NCBI GenBank assembly: GCA_963821525.1
Contig: CAWGED010000019.1
Coordinates: 800,001 to 864,000 of the forward strand
Origin: an uncultured Gemmatimonadales bacterium
Lineage (GTDB): Bacteria; Gemmatimonadota; Gemmatimonadetes; Gemmatimonadales; GWC2-71-9
Direction: 5' to 3'
Length of the DNA stretch: 64,000 bases
Positions 60,860-64,000 of the stretch are shown here, piece after piece. Position numbers and translations under genes: made by a program. The number at the start of each line of letters is the position of its first letter. The first letter of the stretch is position 1. A model generated the notes under the pieces. The model was not told the origin of the DNA, ran no database searches, and saw only the letters and a list, made by a program, of their open reading frames with translations.

Positions 60860-61411
60860 AGCCCACTTCACCCGATACCGGCACACCGCCCCGCCCCGCG
60901 CCCGGCACTCCTCCTCGACCACCGTCACGTCACGCGCTCCACACATCTCGAGGGCGCGGCGATACCAGCCTATCACAGTCAGACAATCGGGACCGCTGAA
61001 CGTCTCCGCGTCGTAGGTGGTCAGCACCCCCTCCCGCTCGCCTGCCTGTTTGTACTCCCGCCGTCCGGTCTCGTAATACATCCGGTAGATCGCGGGCGCC
61101 TTGGCGAGGAACGCATGAGGGTTGCCCTCGACCAGGAACGCGTGGTGCAGGGTTGCCAGATTCTGGTCGGCAGAAGCTTCACCGAGGCGGAGGAAGTACG
61201 ACTCGTCGCCGCCTCCAAAGACGGTCACTATCGCGTCGTCGAGGCGCTTGCCGAGTTCAAAGGGATACCACCCCAGGATCAGAATCCGTTCCAGCTCCTT
61301 GCGATCCGGCGCCGCAACGTAAGCCAGGACCTTTTCCAGTCCCGCCGAGCCGAAGTGTTGCTCGATGAAGCCGAGGCGAGCCTTCAGGACAGCTCCCTTG
61401 ATCTGTTGCAT
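60857..61411 (-). CDS. DUF2378/TIGR02265-like protein with V4R-like C-terminus
   Basis: IKGAVL...WYP...C...GW....LE..G...E..CRARG...C.Y...W. Confidence 0.7.
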   Translation of the reverse strand: MQQIKGAVLKARLGFIEQHFGSAGLEKVLAYVAAPDRKELERILILGWYPFELGKRLDDAIVTVFGGGDESYFLRLGEASADQNLATLHHAFLVEGNPHAFLAKAPAIYRMYYETGRREYKQAGEREGVLTTYDAETFSGPDCLTVIGWYRRALEMCGARDVTVVEEECRARGGAVCRYRVKWA

Positions 61412-61498
61412 GAGTCTGAGAGGCTGGAGATTGCCGGATGTCTGCGGTGGCCGCGGCTGAGTATACATTGCTGCAGGCATTTTCGCCGAGCGATACCC

Positions 61499-62026
61499 TT
61501 GTCTGACGACTCGCCCGAACACGTACGGCTCGACAAGTGGCTTTGGGCCGCGCGGTTCTTCAAAACCCGCGGCCTCGCGGCTCAGGCGATCGATGGCGGG
61601 AAGATTCAGGTCAATGGGGAGCGAGCGAAGCGCGCCAAACCGCTCCGCCTGGGCGATGAGCTGCGGATTCGGCAGGGCCCCTACCAACACATTGTCGTGG
61701 TCCGCGGACTCTCCGAGCACCGAGGGCCGGCCAGCGTTGCCACGCAGCTCTACGAGGAGACCGCGGAAAGCCTCGCGGCCCGGCAACAGATGGCGGCCCA
61801 GATCAAGACCATGGACTCAGCCCTGCGAGGTGATGGTGAACGGCCTACGAAGCGCGACCGGCGGGAAATCGAGAGATTTCGCCGCCGGGAGGATTGTCTA
61901 GGAAACAATTGTCTGGTCGGGCTTACGCGTGGCGCTCCCGTTCGAGCAGCGTGCGCTTCCGGTCTTCTCCCCACCGATACCCACCCATTCCGCCGTCGCT
62001 CCGAACCACACGATGACATGGGATGA
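61499..62026 (+). CDS. hslR: Ribosome-associated heat shock protein Hsp15 (S4 domain); 3' end probably over-extended
   Basis: VRLDKWLWAARFFKTR, RGPASVA..LYEET, RPTKRDRR. Confidence 0.9.
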   Translation: MSDDSPEHVRLDKWLWAARFFKTRGLAAQAIDGGKIQVNGERAKRAKPLRLGDELRIRQGPYQHIVVVRGLSEHRGPASVATQLYEETAESLAARQQMAAQIKTMDSALRGDGERPTKRDRREIERFRRREDCLGNNCLVGLTRGAPVRAACASGLLPTDTHPFRRRSEPHDDMG

Positions 62027-62984
62027 GCACCGCGAGATGATTCGCAGCGCACGCGCTTGCGACCGCCCGAACCGCACTCGGCCGCCCGATGCTCTGCGCC
62101 ACCTCGGTGTAGGTCCGGGTTTCTCCCTGTGGAATCCGGGTCAAGGCACGCCAGACCCGGGCCTGAAAGGCAGTCCCTTGAATGTCCAACGGTAACTCGG
62201 GATCCGCTCCGGCTCCGTCGATGACCTTGGCCACCCGGCGAGAGATGGTCTCGAGCTCGGCATCGTCCCGATTCAAGATTGCCCCGGGGAATTCGGCGCG
62301 AAGGTCCCGCTCCAATTCGGCTCCCGAGGAGCCGAGCTTGACCGCGCAAACGCCGCGCTGGGTTGCCCCGACTAAGGCCGTACCCAAGGTTGTCGAAATG
62401 AGGCTATACCGGATCTCGGTACCAGTTGCCCCAAGGCGGTACGCCGCCGGCGTCATGCCGAGACGGTCGCCTGCCCGCTCATAAAGCCGGCTGCTGGATC
62501 CAAATCCGGCTACAAAAGTCGCTGCACTCACTGTCCGTTCCTTTCGCAATGCCCGTTTCAACGTTCTGAATCTCAGCGCCTCGGCATATGCACGGGGCGA
62601 GACACCCGTCACTCGCTTGAAGGTCCGCCGAAGCGCGAACGGGCTGGTTCGGCAGGCGGTCGCGAGACGATTCAGCGGCATCGCCTCGGCGCCGTTGTCG
62701 CCCAGGACCTCGCAGACCCGGCGAACCAGCTCGAGATCACGCCTCCGCTGAGGAGCCACTGCCTCGCCGCACCGACGGCAGGGCCGGAATCCCTCCGACT
62801 CTGCTCCGGCGGGATCCGGGTAGAACCTGACATTCCGACGAGCAGGCCGGCGGGAGGGACACGACGGCCGGCAGTAGATACCGGTGGACCGCACGGCATA
62901 AACAAAGGCTCCGTCGGCACGACGGTCACGCGTCAGCACGGCGCGCCAGGCTTTGTCGGTATCGAGCATGGGGGTCATCATCAT
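61923..62984 (-). CDS. ada: Bifunctional Ada regulator / O6-methylguanine-DNA methyltransferase
   Basis: STGIYCRPSC, GFRPCRRC, AraC-type HTH, IPCHRV. Confidence 0.95.
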   Translation of the reverse strand: MMMTPMLDTDKAWRAVLTRDRRADGAFVYAVRSTGIYCRPSCPSRRPARRNVRFYPDPAGAESEGFRPCRRCGEAVAPQRRRDLELVRRVCEVLGDNGAEAMPLNRLATACRTSPFALRRTFKRVTGVSPRAYAEALRFRTLKRALRKERTVSAATFVAGFGSSSRLYERAGDRLGMTPAAYRLGATGTEIRYSLISTTLGTALVGATQRGVCAVKLGSSGAELERDLRAEFPGAILNRDDAELETISRRVAKVIDGAGADPELPLDIQGTAFQARVWRALTRIPQGETRTYTEVAQSIGRPSAVRAVASACAANHLAVLIPCHRVVRSDGGMGGYRWGEDRKRTLLERERHA

Positions 62985-63061
62985 TCTCCCGGGTTGCAAA
63001 ATGGCGACTTGGCTCCGGGAGGGCCATCCGTTTCTGGCGGGCAAAGTGGAGGCGGCGGGCG

Positions 63062-63931
63062 CTACATGCCGCGAAACTGGCCTACGTAATCCTCGGCAAA
63101 ACGATCAAAGTTGGCCGCTGGGGTCCCGGTTAGCGTGGCAATGTCCCGGCTGACCTGAGCCATTTTCCCCTGGGCCAGATACTCGTACAGAGCGACGAGA
63201 TCCTTGGCCAGCCACTCGGGCACCTCATTAGCGAGCAGGGCGCTGATTACTTTGGCCGGCGGCTGATCCACGTACAACACCTGCTGGCGCAGCACGGACC
63301 CGATCCGGTCGGCCACGTCGTGCAGCGACAACGCCTCAGGACCCGTCAGTTCGTATGCCTTCCCCTCGTGGCCCTTTCCGGCAAGAACTGCCACGGCGGC
63401 TCGCGCCACATCCCGCGCATCCACCATCGCCGAGCGGCCTCGCTTCATACAGGCGAAGAATGCGCCTTGACTGCGAATGGTCGGACCAAAACCGAGAGTG
63501 TTTTGCATGAAGAAGGCGGACCGCAGATGGGTCCAGGCCAGACCCGAGCGCTCGAGCTGTTCTTCGATTTCCCGGTGCCGCCGGAACATGGCGACTGGAG
63601 AGTCGGCCGCAGCACCCAGCACCGAAAGCTTCACGACATGCTTCACCCCAGCTCGTCGGGCCGCATCCACCACCGCCTCCTGCATCTCTACCATGCGGTT
63701 GTCGACCGGGCTGATCAGGAGTACATGGCTGATATCACGAATCGCGTTGTTGACGGAGACCGGCCTCCCGAGATCTCCGGGGATGACTTCAACGCCCGAG
63801 AGCCGAAGCTTCCCGGCCCGAGTCGGGTCTCTGGTCAAGGCGCGAACCTTGACTCCGCGGCTCACCAGCTCCCGCACTGCCGGGAGACCCACATTGCCGG
63901 TGGCTCCCGTAACCAGGATGTGAGTCTCCAT
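63062..63931 (-). CDS. NmrA-like NAD(P)-binding SDR oxidoreductase
   Basis: ILVTGATGNVG, VDAA..AGV.HVV.LS, FFMQN, YELTGPE; RBS GGAGG. Confidence 0.9.
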   Translation of the reverse strand: METHILVTGATGNVGLPAVRELVSRGVKVRALTRDPTRAGKLRLSGVEVIPGDLGRPVSVNNAIRDISHVLLISPVDNRMVEMQEAVVDAARRAGVKHVVKLSVLGAAADSPVAMFRRHREIEEQLERSGLAWTHLRSAFFMQNTLGFGPTIRSQGAFFACMKRGRSAMVDARDVARAAVAVLAGKGHEGKAYELTGPEALSLHDVADRIGSVLRQQVLYVDQPPAKVISALLANEVPEWLAKDLVALYEYLAQGKMAQVSRDIATLTGTPAANFDRFAEDYVGQFRGM

Positions 63932-64000
63932 CGGCCTCCCCTGTTCAGCCAGCGACTCGCTCGGCACCCTCCAGCCATTCCGCGGCCCGCTCAACCTCGC

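Noticed and set aside
61900..62026. Genuine C-terminal extension of Hsp15 overlapping ada
   Set aside because: Similarity ends near RRRED, and a 100-bp antisense overlap is more likely due to an indel removing the stop.

Overview
A GC-rich bacterial chromosomal window. Gene content and order suggest Gemmatimonadota, which is an inference. It is mostly housekeeping: the Fo/delta half of the ATP synthase operon with a Rex-like operator, argF, gcvT, mogA, hslUV, xerC, trmFO, topA, aroCK, hslR, ada, and a complete type IV pilus locus (pilS/pilR-like pair, a TMTC-like glycosyltransferase, two near-identical pilins each with its own sigma54 promoter, minor pilins, pilMNOPQ). Many genes, including essential ones, are split by single-base indels, most likely long-read consensus errors. 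The main candidates for new biology are: (1) a lower-GC cassette at about 15.5-23 kb with an unannotated 27-aa peptide gene (MLHISLLAKVIEFFARVTSLGEGADWT) directly upstream of a multi-TM HD-GYP phosphodiesterase, convergent on a SARP/BTAD-AAA-TPR regulator and downstream of an Fe-S/hydrogenase-fold diguanylate cyclase, consistent with a peptide-sensing c-di-GMP system; (2) a probable selenoprotein, an NhaP-type antiporter fused to a rhodanese with an in-frame UGA in a CxU motif and a SECIS-like hairpin; (3) a family of 7/8-bp tandem arrays, often in inverted pairs, at many gene junctions. No rRNA, tRNA, CRISPR array or transposase was seen.
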